NCBI RefSeq assembly: GCF_000150275.1
Contig: NW_002060950.1
Coordinates: 378,679-442,678 of the forward strand
Length of the DNA: 64,000 bases
Source: Trichoplax adhaerens
Taxonomy: Eukaryota > Animalia > Placozoa
Direction: 5' to 3'
Within the stretch, counting starts at the first letter, position 1; the number at the start of each line of letters is the position of its first letter. A program made the position numbers and the translations under genes. This document shows positions 12,600-26,000 of this stretch, piece by piece. The notes beneath the pieces are model-generated. The model had not been told where the DNA came from and did not search any database. It saw only the letters and a list, made by a program, of their open reading frames with translations.

Positions 12600-15500
12600 A
12601 GGTGTTTGTATGCTCGTATGTAGTTTCATATACTGTAAAGTCCAATTTAAATTTTCCGTTTTCATCGATCTACAAATTTTGATTTAGAAGGTTGCAGCTG
12701 AAGGATTTATATGAGGCAATCGATAATCTAATTATTTCGCTTTAGCATGCAAATGGTGATATACTACGTGTAAAAAGCAAATCTAGTCTACTTAAAGCTA
12801 TAATCGTTAATATATAAAGCCGAGTGGCTTTTGTAAAGTAATAAAATCAGTATTGGTAACCGGTTTAAACACTGTTTTAATTATCTTTGAGTCCGCGGTT
12901 TGCCCAATATCATTCAATATTGCTGCCTTAAACTTTTACGCATGCATGATCAATAACGTACATAGCCTAAATTTACTGTCAAGTAGAAAATTATTAAAAG
13001 TTTCATTTGTGTGGTAATACAGATACTATCTACTAGAAGCGTGGATATACTTAGCATTTAACCCTGGTTATGAATACAGTACCATTACATGAGTACTTGA
13101 ACTATTAACAAAAATTAAGTCTTGCTATTAAGAACCATGGCCAAATCTTTGTCATAATTATCATCAATTTACAAGATTAGCTTTACCAAAAGCTGTGTTG
13201 GCAATCGATTGCATAAAAGTCAGTAATCATAAGATTTAGTAATGCAATATTTTTAGTTAATAAAGTAGGTTAACAACAGGTCGTAACTTGCATATTATGT
13301 TATATTTCTTGCCTGAAGTAGAATCCTTTTGTCAACTAGCGATGGAGATTGCGCTATACTGTAAAGTATCCATTATTATTGAAATGGGAGGTATCATAAA
13401 TTCTAGGTATATATTATATCTTAAAGATTTTGTTTCCTTGATAAATAATACGCAATGATCTATTTATTTCATCCAAATAATTTATTAAGTTAATTGCAGC
13501 TCAAAAGAAATTTGTAGCAACGCCTTAACAAGTCAGCTGGAGCATATACCATTTCTAACATACGTAGTATTGCATTTTTACTACATCTATTTTAAAAGAC
13601 TTCAAGTATGTTCCAATAAATATAAACTAATGAGCTAACAGTTATCTCTTTAAGATAGAGCTCCCAAAAGGGAAATCACATTTTGCTGACTTTGGATTAA
13701 TTAACGAGTGCTTCGCGTATATATTTAGTAATTTGTGGCACTTAATAGCCTAATATCACCGATTTACTTTATTTAACTTCTGTATTTTACTAGATAACCA
13801 TTTTTATATCAAAAATAAATCACAATTACCGTAGCACTACACACGAAAGTATTCATTGACCATTACCGGAGTACCTATAAAATTATCATATTATTGGTTG
13901 GAAGTCAACAATAACATTGACAGTATAGGTAACATAGTAAACATTTGAAAGAGAGTAGATAATAAATAAGAGGGGCTAATTGAAGCTTATTGCGACTTAG
14001 AAATAGCTATTAAACGAAATATAAAAGGAACTAGAAGAAAACGGTTATTATTAAGGAAATAGTGGCATTATCTTCTTTTTGTACTTTAACGAACTAATCG
14101 GAAGATGATCATAGATAAAGATCGCAATCATCTTCAAAATATGTCATTGTTTAGGACGTATTTTTTTAAGTTACTCGTAAAATTCACCTGGCTGGTATAA
14201 TTTTTTTCAAAACGGTTAACAAGCGCAGCAGCAGTAGGTGTTCCTATTCGATTATTCCGTCACAAAAGCTTAATGGAGTAATATGTACATAATCTGATAG
14301 ATGATAAAATAGCATAAATTATTTTGAAAATATTAATTGGATAAATAACGATTATTTGTCTTATTGTATCCTTTGAGACTATTTACATTTGTCTTGCCAG
14401 AAGAAGCTCACAATAGACCCAGTTAGACATATTTATCATTCAATTACTAGAAAGGAGACACAAGTTAAACTTTACCTAAAGGAATGACAGGATGAATACC
14501 TTATTTACAGTTGTACGCATTCCACTTAAAGTAGATGTACATGATTAAGTTACGCTATGCTATTAAGCTAGCATGGAACAGTCGTAGGGGGAGTGTAATT
14601 GCAAGCCTATTTATCTAAATCGTCTTATTTTCTTTGATTATAGAAGACATAATTTCTTAATACTGTACAGGAAATTGAAATATTATTCAAAGATCACTAG
14701 CGTTATTAATTCTCTAAAATAGTGCTATGATGAATAATCTATCCAGAAAAGCAAGATTAATAAGCTTTTTACTGTCAATTTTACATATTTCTAGTAAAGA
14801 GTGAAAAATTAGAGAGGTAGATTTCGTCGTCAATTTTGTTAAATGACCTTATATCACATTCCCTATTTTCACTTAATGTGATTATCTAAAGCTTTTACGG
14901 CTTGCATTTATTTATTACGTTGCCTATGGTAAAAACTTAGTTTATATACTAAAAATTTAACTGCTTCATAAATCTTTAGTGTTGCTATTTTAAGAACATT
15001 GAATGATACAATTAATACTATTTAATAAATTAATGAGAATTGACAGTAAAATAGAATAGTTTAAAATAGTATACAAGCACATCAAACAAGTGCCGAACTG
15101 TTATTACTAGAACCAAAGAAAAACCGATCATTAACGCTTGTAACGAAAATGATGAATAGGCTAGTTATAGTTTAAGTCTCGATGACAGCACACATAACAG
15201 AATGAGCTTTCTTAACAGGATAATATTAATTATATTATCGGAACTCCATTTTAATATTCTTGATATATCGGCAAGAAAGTTCAACTGTATTATTAACATC
15301 TAATAGCGAAAAATTTCCTTTCTTTAGCATTCAGATAATGTAAGAATTACAAAATATATTTGTATTCGTGAATGGCTAGCACTAGGCTAACACTAATACT
15401 GTAGTTCATGGCAAAACTCCAATTAAAGCAATATTCAATAATAGACAGTATCGGTTAATATCAGCAACTATTGCAATCTCGAACTAAGATATGATTTGAT

Positions 15501-16590
15501 TCAACATAACATCTGCATTTATGCCTCAGTCTACTCTTTTCCAAACAGTATTCAACTGCGCTAACTTAAATCTTGTGTGCAATCTTACGCGTATAAGATT
15601 GATAAGGACCCGGCAAGCTGTTAGTCTGTGTATGCTAAAAGGGCATCATGAAGTAGCACAAAGGATTATCGAAATTATATCAGTATTTTCATATCTTGTT
15701 AATACACTATAATTTACTTATCCAACACTGTAAACTTATCAATCAGGTTGCCGTAAGCCATTATAGAAAATATGCCAAAAGCCTTTGTATTATTGCCACC
15801 CTATGGCTTAAAATTTTTTCAGGACAGATCAATTAAATGCTGCGTAGCAGTTTTCTACAACTTCTTTCTTATCCACTTCGAAATTCGAAGTCGATTCAGC
15901 TCGTCTAATCCGATTCCAATCCGAAATCCAACGAATGCATCTGTTATATACGACTTCAATAATGATATTTAGAGTTAAGCTCATAATATTATATTAGTCA
16001 TTTCATTAAAATGAATTTCTCTAGATACTCTAACGGTAGTTTTAACTCCTTTATTTTGTCGATCACTTTGAATATCTTTCATTTTATGAGTATACGGGTA
16101 GTTGTATTAAGAACATGGAGAGATGTATAATTTTAATAGTTTTATTACAGAGGTCTCCCTCTTCTAGATTACCTTCATTACGTTTAGGTCTATATACTCG
16201 TTAATCTAGCTGAAGAAGGAAGAGAATTTTGAGCCATTTTTGATATGGTCACTATTACAATATCATAAGTTATCAGCGGTAATTGACCTGGGTCATAATT
16301 TTATCATCTATTTGTTAATAAGGCAAGATTCTTTTATCGTTCCAGTTTTGACTGGATTGAATAAACAAATTTGAGAAATAAATGAAATACGTGGTGGTAT
16401 TATTCAATTTCATGGACTTAAGTCAGGATAATAAGGTCGAATTCTCTAGTATAGAAATAGAAACGATCTAGTTTGCATAGTCAATGAATAGAGTCGTTCA
16501 CCAACGGCATGATATGAAAAATAGAATAGCTAGCCATTAGCGTTATCGTTGTTGTCGTATAGTTGTCTTTCAATGATCAAGAAATTAGCT
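12600..16590 (-). pseudogene. Candidate decayed multi-exon gene of unknown family
   Basis: Minus-strand AG/GT-bounded segments join in phase. 15800-15718 (GGNNTKAFGIFSIMAYGNLIDKFTVLD) > 15560-15511 (NAVEYCLEKSRLRHKCR) > 15299.. (YVNNTVELSCRYIKNIKMEFR*). 14499-14476 (IHPVIPL) > 14243-14188 (GTPTAAALVNRFEKNYTSQ) > 13874-13830 (VLR*WSMNTFVCSAT) > 13554.. (KWYMLQLTC*). Also 12926.. (AAILNDIGQTADSKIIKTVFKPV) and 12727.. (YRLPHINPSAATF*). Internal stops are present and the outer limits are uncertain. Confidence 0.4.
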
Positions 16591-17327
16591 ATATTGTATC
16601 AAGTCAGAAAGACAAACATGGCTTAGATACTTTTCTTATTAGTCATTAAATCATGACTAAAACTATGGTATAAATTAAAATTGATGACGATTAGTCGCAT
16701 GAATACAATTATAACAATAAGCAAGGTAACTGGCTTATTCAATAATAGCTAGCTAGCGCATCCTACTATTCATATTCCCAGTCAGAGTGAGGCATCGGCT
16801 AGCTAACTCATCAACAAGATAATACGCGTAACCATCTAAGAGAAAGTAATTTTCACGTAGTTTTTTGATTATAACTGCAAAATAACATCGTAACATTGAG
16901 TCATTCGTGCTCCTATTGATTGATCTGATTATCTCAACGTTAGAGGCAGCATTTAAACCAATGTAATGATAGTATTTAAGCAAATTGGTTATGACAGGTA
17001 AATGCTACAAATATAGTATTACCCTTGTTCACTAATAATCATTCTCGACGTCATTGCCACCAAATTAATTGATGTGAAATATATCTTCATGATCAATAGT
17101 TCAGGGAATCTAGGTCAATATCATCTTTTATGGGTAACTTTTTAAATAATTTATTAGTCTTTTTACTAGCTTTCCAAAATCGATTCATGGATTGAATAAT
17201 AGCGTAAATAAAAGCTATTGGCAGTAATTACAATTTACACGATTTTCCTAGTTAAAGTTATTATAATGAGTGCATTAAATTAAAATTGTGATGTACTTGT
17301 ATATTCACATATCTATAAATATCTACG

Positions 17328-17431
17328 CTATATATATATATATGCGTATACTATATATATATATATATATATATAACGCATAAAGCAATTTATCTTGATA
17401 GCGTTGATTGACAAATAAATAATAAATGCTG

Positions 17432-17462
<31 letters not shown>
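17328..17462. repeat. (TA)n microsatellite cluster
   Basis: Three TA runs at ~17329-17343, 17352-17375 and 17432-17462. Confidence 0.9.
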
Positions 17463-19714
17463 GTATCATCGATCGTGTAGCTGTACGATATACTGTATAA
17501 ATAAGTAATGGTGTTATCGTGACTATACTGACTATACTTAGCTCTACTAGTATCGAAGTGAGAATTAAGAATATGGTAAAATCTATCTTAACATATGCTT
17601 AGACATCTACTTGATCCATGTGCTTAAAGAAATTCCTAAAACTTGGGCGTTGTTGCGATAGATAGTCTGGTAACTTCTACTGTATGCGATCGATTTTTAA
17701 TTTGCAACTAGCAGAAATGTAATTCATTGTTATTATGCCAACTTGATGAGTCTCTGGCCGGATGCTGCATAGCTAAATTCTATGCAAGGAGAAAATTTAT
17801 CTTTGCTTGTATAGACATTTGCATGACGAAGAGGCTTAAGCGAGGTCTAATAACGGCCAAAACTGATCATCACCTTTTAAGGAATAGAATAACGCATTAT
17901 TTCCCATGAATAATATGTACAGTATGGGATAACATAATAAAAGCTCGATTTGATATTGATCAAGAGGCGAACAGACGATATCATTTATTCGATCTGAATA
18001 GATTGAAATTTCTAATAGCTGAAAATGATTCTTTCCTTTAAAGGAATGAGATCACGCAATCTAGTTCATTCATGGTGTGTAAGAGCTCGATTTTATCATA
18101 CTTGTCATTGAAACAATCACGCCGACAAGACTACTCAACCGATGATAATGTTGATACTATAAGGCGTAGAAAGATTGTTGCAATCATTTTTCATTTTATT
18201 TGAAAATGAGAGTAGAAAATAACACATTACACAACTAGTGAAGGAGAGAAGACTATAGTAGAACTTGAACAATGGACTATGGATTTATTTTGTATACGGA
18301 TTGCTTAGGCAAGATTTTAAATGCGATTGAGTAGCAAGGTTCGATAAGGATGAAAAATAGCACGAGTGAAAAAGGAGTAGCTTTCCAACCTTTCTACTGT
18401 CCTTTCCTAACGTATTTGTCTTAATTCATCCTATGAATAAATTGTACTATTTCTCCGACGGACTATTTTTGTTGGATGGGCCATCATCATCTCCGCCCCT
18501 CTTGACTATTTATTTAATTATTAACTATTAGCACAAAGGTGGCGCATCCATTGTCACTAACTAACGGAACAATTAACTGCAATTAAATAATAAATTTAAC
18601 TGTAGCTCTAAAGCCAACCAATATCGGTGTAAAACTGTATGTAATACACAGAATTGATATGTTGCTGTCTGTCGATGTGTGACGAAGCCCACTTGACATG
18701 CAAGAAGAATAGTGGCAGGGTGTGGAAGGAGTTCCACTCAAGCAAGTCGTTTTGCAAGCTCATAAAACGCCGGTGATTTTGTCCTCCAAAATTGTAAGCA
18801 ATAAACGCTAATTGTTTTAACTGTTAGAATTTATTAAATTCAACCTATCATGTTAAGTTGATGTTGTATCGATCGATTGCTGCTCTTCTCTCATGGCGAT
18901 GATTGAATTTTGAAATTACCGACCGCCCTATCCAAGACCAGTTATTAATAAACTATTGTCGCCTTAAAGACACTAAAATTGTCCATTGATAGTTATTGGC
19001 GTGCTACGTTGTCGAGTAGACGAAAAGTATTCATGATGTTGATTTCTCACTTTTCGCTTGACCATATTCTAGTAAGGTATAGAAAGAGTTTTAGGACTGT
19101 AAAGTGAATTCACTCCACCCTCCCCCTTCCTATAGCATGAAATATCATCATGATGTTAGCATCCACCGTTCCATTTTCGACACGTGCGTCGATGCCTTTT
19201 TCCACTTTGCAAGTAATTTACGTTATACTTACTCTCGACAACGATCGACTCTTAACCTTGCCCTTCTTTAACCTATGGAAAGAAGCTGAATAAATAAACT
19301 GATGTGGTAGTACAATAAATAGTATTAGCCGTTTATGATAGTATAATGGATGTTGATAAAGTAAGCTGAGTGGAGGCAAGGGAAGTGTCTATCAGCGAGT
19401 AGAGAGTCTGTAAATTAGTCAAGGCGATAGGAAAGGCATAACCGTTCCATGAGCCATGACAAGATTCTAGTTATCAAATTAAAAAAGAGCAAAAGCTGTA
19501 ATGAAAGTTCCACTCATCGATATAGAATACTATAGGAGAATAAAGTACCAATTAATACAACATTGATCTAGGCCATTAGAACACACTTTGTATGCTATTA
19601 ATCTTGAGCTATTTCAATATACCTCCTGCGGACTGCAGACTATTTGATTGAAAGACCTCATGTTGTTTCGGTTGATGTTGATTGCTCACTCCTTTTGACG
19701 CAATTTAATTATCG

Positions 19715-20148
19715 TACTATGTAAAGCAATTTCATGATCTATTTATTGAAGCGAGTAGCAATGATGGATGGTGTTATAGGCGTGGAATGCACAGCTTGTT
19801 TCTTGGTGTGAAGGATTGAAAGAGTTGTTTAGCCTTGTCTACTAATTACCGCTAACCATACTATGTAAAGCAATTTAATGACACATTTAATTGAAGTGCG
19901 TGGCGAAGATTAACGATGTTGTAGCCGTGGATTGCATAACCTGTTTCATGGTACACGTACATATTATTGAAAAAGTTGTTTAGCCTTGTCTACTAGTTCT
20001 CGCTAATCATTTCATGCGAAGCAACTTAATGATAGATTTTATTGAAACGAGTGATAATGATGGATGAGGTTATAGCCGTAGATTGCACAGCTTGTTTCAT
20101 GGTATTCGTATGTAGGGTAGGAAGAGTTGTATGTAGTCTTGTCTACTT
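19715..20148. repeat. Degenerate tandem repeat, 3 copies of ~145-150 bp
   Basis: Units at ~19715, ~19859 and ~20010 share AAGCAA(T/C)TT.ATGA, ATTGAA, GC.GT.GA.TGCA, TGTTTC.TGGT and AGTTGT..(G)TAG.CTTGTCTACT. Confidence 0.85.
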
Positions 20149-20990
20149 GTCTTTGGAAAGGGGTAACTATCATGCTGTTTTATCGAAATCGTTTACCGTC
20201 TCGTTGATTAAAAGTTAGATCGTGGCTAAAATTTAGATAGAATGATGCCATTGGCTAAGCTATCATCCATCTTGCCAATCAATGATCTCATATTTTTCTA
20301 ATTAAACTCTACATGATAAGATAGGAAAAGAGAAAGTATTGACCGCTTCCGCTTAGAAGACGGTGTTTAACGAATTGAATATAGCGATGCTACGAATCTA
20401 TTCTATATAGAACTTGTCGCTATTTCCGTGGCATCTCCTGCATGCTAGAGTAATACTATTCATGGCAATTGCATTATTCAATTGATTTAGCTACGCGTAA
20501 AATAGGATTATTTGCATGATTGCAATATGATGCTGTGCATTATCTACTACTTTTTTTTAATTTGCTGATGACGAAAGAAGAGCATCCATCGAATGGTGTA
20601 GCCCAATCGCCTTCCTTTAATGATTAATTTTTCTCCTCGTAAGTGATGAATAACAATCATGATGATGACGGACTGCCATCATCATGACAATAGTAAACGT
20701 TGTTGTATTGAATTGTTTGGAGATCACCTTAGTCATGGATAGGGGGATAGAGCTAATTTATACAAGGAGGCGAAATGAACGTTGTCGCCCGACTGGATCC
20801 TCTCCATTTAGGGCTAATATTCCTTTTTGCCTTTGTCATGCATGCCACTGCTCGATGTTGATTTCAATTGAATTGGACTCGTTCCTTTACTACGTATTGG
20901 TATGTTTTGTTGAGTAATCAATATGGTTGGCTGTAGATTATTTTTCTCTCTATTATCTCTCATCAATAATGAACAAATAAACTAAGTTGA

Positions 20991-21014
20991 CAAAATGGCG
21001 TCCACCCGCCATTT
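20991..21014. promoter_or_regulatory. Paired inverted YY1-like motifs (CAAAATGGCG / CCGCCATTT) at the putative TIA1 promoter
   Basis: CAAAATGGCGTCCACCCGCCATTT holds two YY1 cores in opposite orientation forming an 8-bp inverted repeat. It is followed by a GA-rich tract (~21298-21360) and a plausible 5'UTR donor AG|GTAAGG at ~21824, which can splice to the acceptor at ~22983 before the ATG. Confidence 0.45.
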
Positions 21015-21914
21015 ATGTAAATACAGCTTGTATTGGAGCATGCCTAGATTTTTCTCCTTTCTCCATACAATAACGGACAATAACCATTAGACAACAACAC
21101 AACAACATACACAGTTAATTGTAATTATTTGATTGAGTTGAATACGAAATTGTCTGCCAAGTTAATCAATAATAACCTGACAAGGTGGGCCCTAACTCGT
21201 CTACATTACACATCAGATAATATAGCTCATAGCCTAGTTGGAATCGATCACCACCACAGTCATCATTGATAGTGTAAGTGGGCTGGTGGTTACCATCGAG
21301 GAGAGAGAGAGAGAGAGAAAGAATGTGTCGTATTCGCTCATGAGAGATAGAGAGAGCAATAGCGTAAGTTATTCAAGGCCAATGACTTTGAACAGTTTAA
21401 CGAGTACTTGGATGTCATCAGCGATCGTTCGATACGAGTCGCTTCCTTCCATCTTCTTCAATTCGATCATTATTTGAGAGGAAAACCTCTTCATCAATAA
21501 CCTTGTATTGCCGTTGAAAATGATATTATCATCATTATTGTTATTACTTCAATAGATTCAGTGGTTGTTGTTTGGTCCTATTTTTACAACTCCAACGTAT
21601 CGATTTGCCACAAATCCATTCTACAATCTTGCTGGTGCAAGTGATTAAACATCAGTCTTGAAAGCTTATTTTCTATCCCCAAATTACAACTGTATTATTA
21701 CCAACAACGAGTAACATCAACATCAAATCCAACTTGGCTTGTTCATTCTACCAGCAATTAGCCTTCGACTATTCTTTCATTCCTTATTCAATTAATATAC
21801 AGAGAAGAAAAAATTTTTTAATAGGTAAGGAGATCGATGACGCTTGGTATCCGATTGATATTTAGAGATTGTAGGGAGAAGTGAATGCATGAGGAAAAAA
21901 AATGACCGAAATGA

Positions 21915-22480
21915 TCATCCAAAAGTCGTTAGCGTCCATTGCCCATAGTCAGTTAGCATTAAAAATAACTTTCTACACGAGATGATAGGAGTAATTTGTT
22001 CCAACTGGTAGATAAACATCGTTATCTAGCATGTGATTGATTACAAAAATTTCATTTTCTGCATGATAACATGATCGTTCAGGCCATCTTATTATTATTG
22101 TTTTTTCTATATTACTGTAAACAACCATGATGCTTGTATTCGGTAAAGCCATTGAGTCTAGTTGGAGCCGAAATGATAGGAGTGATTTGTCCTAACTAGT
22201 AGATAAACATCATTATCTAGCATGCGATAAATTAGCAAATCCCATTTTCTGCATGATAACATGGTCGTTCAGGCCCTATTACTATTATATTAATTTTGAG
22301 TAGTAAGTAATCAAGATCTAGTTTTTGGCAAAGCCGTTGAATCTACTGGATCAGCTTCATCTAGATTCACTATCCATTACGACAGGAGTAGTTTGTTCTA
22401 ACTAATAGATAAACATTGTTATCTAGTATGCGATAGATTAGAAAATTTTATTTCTGCATGATAACATGATCGCTCAAATT
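21915..22480. repeat. Degenerate tandem repeat, 3 copies of ~190-205 bp, in the putative TIA1 5'UTR intron
   Basis: AGGAGT..TTTGT...AACT..TAGATAAACAT..TTATCTAG.ATG ... TTTCTGCATGATAACAT recurs at ~21984, ~22175 and ~22381. Confidence 0.85.
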
Positions 22481-23029
22481 ATATTTTTTATTTTCTCTTG
22501 GCCATGATGCTTCTATCAGCAAGTCATTTAATAATCTAGTTCATCATCCTAGTCAAGGCCTATCGAATTCACTAATGTTGGTGATACTATGCTGTTCATC
22601 TTCTTCTAATACTATTTCTTGTATGATGATAATATTTTTGATGATAAGTAATTCTTAACATAATTACAAATCTTCATTTTTTACAAACCCTCTTCCTCTA
22701 ATTTTTTTTTTGGGGGGGGGGGCTTCATAAAACAAGTAGTCCATGCGTCATGTGGATATGATGAGCGTGATGATACTTTCTCAAAACGAAAGGGAATCCC
22801 TACGCTATCGTTGTTGTCATGTATAATAATAATAATCTACCATTTTCATCATTACCATCTTTAGATTATCATGTAAACTTCTTGTTTTGGTGATTGTTGT
22901 TTGCTTTAGTACAGCTTACTTGCATGTTGTTAACGAACTATGATTGCTTACTCTTGATAATGTCGTTTATGATCGCTTAATAGGTTTGCAAGATTGAGAT
23001 AGTAGGAAACGATCCATTTTCTGTAAACA

Positions 23030-26000
23030 ATGATCAATTCCAATCGTGAAAACGACAATGGACCCTATGTGTTGTAAGTTGTTTTTTTTCCATAGTACAA
23101 ATTGTAAACGATTAATAGCCTCTTCACCGTTTAATTGGCCATCATCATAGAATTGACGGTTTGATTTCCATCGTCATAGCTTTATTATTAGCGATACTAT
23201 TTTTGGTTGTTCACGTAAAGGTAGTCCTAGAAGAAGAACGTAATGCTCCAAAATGCAGACTACCCTAGATGAGTTAGAGGGTAGTTATTGCTTTCATCGA
23301 TCATCTTTCTATACTATTATCATTTATTATATCCGTCTCTCTTCATTTTTTCTCCCATACTCTCAAGTAGAACAGTATTACTCTATTTGTTCAAGCTAGA
23401 AAGATATCGTAAAAGCCATTCAACGATCCTACACGGGTCATTGGATAGCTAACTTTTAATCTACTTTGATGGTATTTCTAATTTAATATCCAAGACTGAA
23501 TTTTATTTTTACCCTAGAATGATGACTATCAGTGTACCGTTAAGACCTTCTTATGATAATAGTCATTCTTATTTCAGTTCTCATTTCATGTAGCTTTTAC
23601 ATTAAAATAGAGGTGAAATAGTATAGGATAAGATGAAGAAAATTGCTAAGATGTAAATAGCAAACTCGTTTTTCTATTCATATTGCATTCATAATTCAAT
23701 AACGACATTATCGTTGCGTTTACTTTTAAGAATAATGCCAATTTTTATACCCTTGATGGCTCTATCATCATTGATGGAGTGGAGTAGCAGTACTGTAGAG
23801 AATTGAAATTCAAGAAATTAAATGATTCTACCGTTGATTTGTGCAATCGAGTGATTAGTTTGATTTTACCCCCATTATGGCGAAAACTAGACTTGAAATC
23901 GCTCCTCGAGCCTGTGAAGATAGTCAACAGATATGATCAACAGCAGTTTAGCCGATATCCTGTCATCTAATTACTGTGCATTTTCCTACGAAAGTAACTG
24001 TATATACGGCGGTATTCTTTGTTGCTCACCATTTTGATTCTATAATTGTTTTGGATTGCCCATTTGACTATATTAATCATTAATCTACATGGAGATTTGG
24101 TAACGGGAAACCAATGCGTGCTGATATTGGAAATTTATACTAAATTAGTCATCCAATGGACATCAATTCGATGTCTTTTCAGATAGTTCCCAATTTTGTT
24201 GTCTTTCTATATGTGGTCTAACTCATCTGGCAACGATTAATCATCGATTGATGGTTCAAACCGATCGTACTTTGTACACCTTTTTTCTTTACCTTCTTTA
24301 TATCATAACTGGAGTAAAATCGCATGTTAAAAGTGTTGATTACAACAAAATACGCGTTTGTGGAAGGGAGGAAGGAAGGAAAAATAAAATAAAAAATCTT
24401 CTCGAGCGTTGATTATAATTATTAAATAGCATAGTTGATAATCCTATCTATTACTTATTGGTGGACTAATCTATTTTCAATATGGATCTATTCTATTATA
24501 GATATATCGGTAATTTAGATCGTCAAACTACAGAACAATCTATTGGCGAACTATTTGCAAAATTTGGTGCAATTAAACGTTGCAAATTGATCACTGAGGT
24601 AAGTAAAACAAAATGGAATTTTTTCAAGACATTAGAATACGTGGTGGGACAAGAATGATCCAATCAGGCTTTAGTCAACTTTTTTCATTTTCTACATATT
24701 CTATTCTATCAATCTATTTTTAATAGATTGCGTTTTGTTTTTATTCATGTTTTTGTTAACTCATTTTATTCAACTCATCGTGTCATTTTCTTGTGCTTTG
24801 ACAAGATTGAATACACATTTTGCAATTTATTTTTGATCGACGACAATTGCTACAACGGCTACTACTCGTTGTACATGTATTTATGATCATTTATCCAATG
24901 TAGTAGATCATTTTATTCGAGCTGAATAGCGTAAGTGGTACATTGTTTAGACTGGATAGTTGTATTTTTTTTGGGGGGGGGGGATCTATCGCCTACAAAT
25001 TTAAATCTGCAAATGGATCCAATAAGGGCAATATTGAGTACTTGTAGACTCTGGTTGAAAAAGAAGCTTTGATCTATGGTATTCACGCATACCAGATGAT
25101 TATTAAGAGAATAATCGTAGTATGAAATAGATTTGACCATCATTGGACAGTCAAGATAGTTTAAGCTCTTATTTTCATTTTTGATTCCCTTGATTGGAAA
25201 TTGGAATTTTCTTCATTACCAGGTATTGTTAAAGAAATGGATAAATTTCTATCGGCATCATGACGCGATTGGCGGCGTAATAGAGAACTTGATTTTGAAG
25301 GAGTAAATTAAGCAACGAGATGAAATTCTATCCATTTCATTTTTTTTGTTGTTGTTTAACCTTTAGATAATGATCAACATTGGATGTTCAACGATCATGT
25401 TGATATTGCTTTGTTCATCATTCAACTGGATAGGCCGGATAATAGAAACATATTACCGTATCTTGACAAGATTATTCAAGTAGTTTGTTTAACTTTGGCT
25501 AATCATCTTCATTTCACTACAACAAGATTGTAATACATTATTCTTCATGCATTCACGATTACTATTGACTTTAAGCTTGTTACCGACCGCTATGCTTTAG
25601 ACTGCTTGATAGAACCTGATGATCATTTATTTAATTTCAATCCGATTGAACAATGAGTTGACTAAAAAAATAAGCAAAACTCTCAATATTAGAGTTGATC
25701 ATTTCTATAGTATGGTCCAAATTACTCCAATTTTTATTTTTATTTGAATTAGTAATGATTGAATATGGGTCGAAACTCTGTACAACATGATGATCATCTC
25801 TATGGACTATTGGATTAAACTTGAGTCAAGATGGACTCAACAAATTAGAAAAGTTCTTATTACTCATCACGTAGAGAATGTGCGAATTACTCTCCCTCTC
25901 TATCATTTGAATCCTATAATTTGATTAATCAGCATTTATTCCTCTCGAATATTGAATATAATATAATCGTTGATTTAACTTGAATCAAAGTGGGCATTAT

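Noticed and set aside
14101-14135. 9-bp inverted repeat GAAGATGAT...ATCATCTTC
   Set aside because: Short and isolated, with no other copies, target-site duplication or RNA-gene features.
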